DNA of 64,000 nt, from the NCBI GenBank assembly GCA_002633005.1, contig NMRA01000403.1, positions 186,603-250,602 on the forward strand, written 5' to 3'. The position numbers were made by a program, and so were the translations under genes. This stretch comes from Phoronis australis (Eukaryota; Animalia; Phoronida). Below the pieces are notes generated by a model that saw only the letters and a list, made by a program, of their open reading frames with translations, ran no database searches and was not told the origin of the DNA. The stretch's first letter is position 1, and every line of letters begins with the position of its first letter. Positions 61,836 through 64,000 of this stretch are shown here, piece by piece.

Positions 61836-62544
61836 ATTTCGGCTTACCCTTGCATACGTTCTGTTGTTTGTGCATGTTCACCACGCATCTCTGAGTATTT
61901 TTTGATCAGTGTACGTATTCTGGTTAGAACTGATAGTCTGTGAAACCAAACGAACCGACCCGTGAATTCTTCGTCGGATGACATCTCGACTAAGTCGGGA
62001 TATGCGCCGGGCGAAGTGCCATGTAGACGTTTAATATTCTGCGTTCTGTTTCAAAATGAATTATTCTCACCCTAACTAATGCTTATATAAAACTGAAACA
62101 ATTAGTCTGTCTCATTAGAAACAATTTGTAATGCCTTTGGGTTATTTGTGAGTGCAAATTCTTTGAGAAGCCAGCAATGAATAAACCACTGCGTTACCGG
62201 CTTTAGATGCAATACAGGTGATTGACCGGGCACCGAGGCCGTGTGAGCGCATGCTAATTCTGTGTTTGCTGAAAGAAAGCTGTTGTGAAACAATAACGCG
62301 ATTTCATATGGTATGGTCACATGTTAGGGAAATCTTTCTTTAGATATACAAATACATTATTCAAATCATTGTAACTGTATAACCTTTGCCCTGAAGGTTC
62401 TGTGGATGGGGAACCTGACTTCAAGGCCCCAACAACTAAGTAGATTTTCAGTTTCGTGTATAATTCACCTAAATAATTACGTGCACATTATTTCTTTGGC
62501 TCACTGTTATATTCTTTTCGTGACTTAAGTCTTACTTTCCAACT

Positions 62545-62775
62545 TTTAAGTTGGAACATAAACCAGCGGTTCGTGTTGTCCAGTCCCGGCCGCTGCGACG
62601 GGCCTGGTCAGGTTCCCAGCCATTGCCTGGGAGTAACAAGCGTTTTGTGTGTTTAGAACAGAAAAAAATCGAAAGTCTAAAACAACAACACACAGCTATG
62701 TTCTCCTGTCTGTATTCCACGGAAGAATGATTCGAATTTATTACCAAACAGACCCAAACTCCCGCGATCGACCAT
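62545..62775 (-). pseudogene. Possible degenerate THAP domain
   Basis: Fragments MVDR.., PWN.DRR, FCSKH and VPT appear across frameshifts. Confidence 0.3.
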
Positions 62776-64000
62776 GGTAAATTCCTAACCGAACTCTGCT
62801 CTACGGTACGTTCAAATATCTAAAAATTCTTAACAGTGAAATAAAACAACACGTTTGTTCAAGAACTCGTTGTATTTTTAGGGAATTAACATCGAATTGT
62901 GATGATTTTTTGGTGTAAAACGACGAATTCAAGCGATAAGTTGACAGTAGTAAGCGTGTTATGAACGGCTGTACAGACTGCATTGGAACCGATTACGTCA
63001 TTGGTTAATTTCAACACCTCCGTCTGCCGTTAGGTGTCAGGTAAAAAAACTGAACTTGGTCTTATCGAGCGGATCTACTCGATCTAAATTGATACAAAAT
63101 ACGTGTAGGTTGTTTTTGGGTGGCATTCTCCTCAGAGTAGGAAATGTTGTCAAAACAATTTACAAGGGAGAGGGGAACAAGCCACAGGTATATTGTCGTA
63201 TAGCTTCCACGATATGCTGTATAGCTGAGCCTTTCGACAACTTCAGCTATTGTACATGTATACATCGTATTGTGATAACACGACTTGACACATTTCGTTT
63301 TGGAATAAAAAGCCTTTTCAAATACCGGGTTCAAGGGAATTTAACAAAAATATATACAAAATTACATGTATCTGCCAGACATTTATCCATCTGCCTTTCC
63401 GGTTTATTCTGCTTGTGTTCAACAGAAGTACAACTTTCCAAAGCAGACCACTCACAGAGATCTCTCGTCTCGCGGCCATTTTATACCTGCAAAGAAATGG
63501 CCTGGGATGATCTGCAAAACTGTAGACCTAGCAAAGAACATCTGAGACTCACTGGACTCCATTTTACTTTTAACAAGATAAAGAGCGCGAAATACCCAAG
63601 GCGATGTACGAAAACAAACTGTGACCGCTTTGTATAATTTTGTCAACCCCCAGTCAAATTACCTGTTATAAGTCCTCAGCTTTTCCATTCCATGGATCGC
63701 TTGAAAAAACTTTGGTGTCCGACCGGAATCAAACTTTGCATTCGAATCCGCTTTAATCCGATCTGTATATGAGGAGGAACTCTTTGGATTATTTCAATAC
63801 AGGCCTAATTTGTTGATTGCTCGATGTCGACATTTCTTTTGGGTGACATCATGCGATATGTATGTGTTTAGTTAGTCCCAATAGTTCTAGTGCACGTTCA
63901 ATTAAAATGGGAGGAACCGGCGGTATATTTTACTTTTATAAGCACACCAGCAAGCGTGCACTGAGAGTGTTGGGATACACAACCATTTTCGGGCAATTTT

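Noticed and set aside
63056-63637. 193-aa ORF
   Set aside because: It has a TTG start, no domain motif, no splice context and no trypsin C-terminal motifs, so it is probably spurious.

Overview
This is an AT-rich, intron-containing invertebrate (metazoan) scaffold window. It has three N-gaps and six single-n contig joins, several flanked by duplicated sequence that looks like haplotype overlap. 1-13 kb is a transposon nest: a THAP relic, two near-identical decayed Ty3/Gypsy copies (tRNA-His PBS), a separate intact LTR and an Academ-like fragment. 19.4-48.5 kb (+) is one large spliced gene that the ORF track mostly misses. It has eight phase-0 one-repeat-per-exon ankyrin exons, a linker and a FAM111-like trypsin-2 serine protease (TNYHV ... 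GSSGSP). Its ~19 kb intron holds a Sola3 element, a putative KDZ-type relic and MITEs. Two recently duplicated ankyrin exons differ only at amino-acid-changing codons while their introns are nearly identical. 52519-55544 is a complete 3-kb element with CAC...GTG 50-bp TIRs and a perfect 5-bp TSD (Transib/RAG-type signature). It carries convergent relic genes: a RAG1/Chapaev-N-terminal-like gene and a C2H2 zinc-finger gene. 56.5-61.1 kb (+) is a secreted two-kringle S1A protease gene, and an orphan catalytic-Ser exon sits at 49.7 kb. All calls come from manual reading and translation; no database searches were run.
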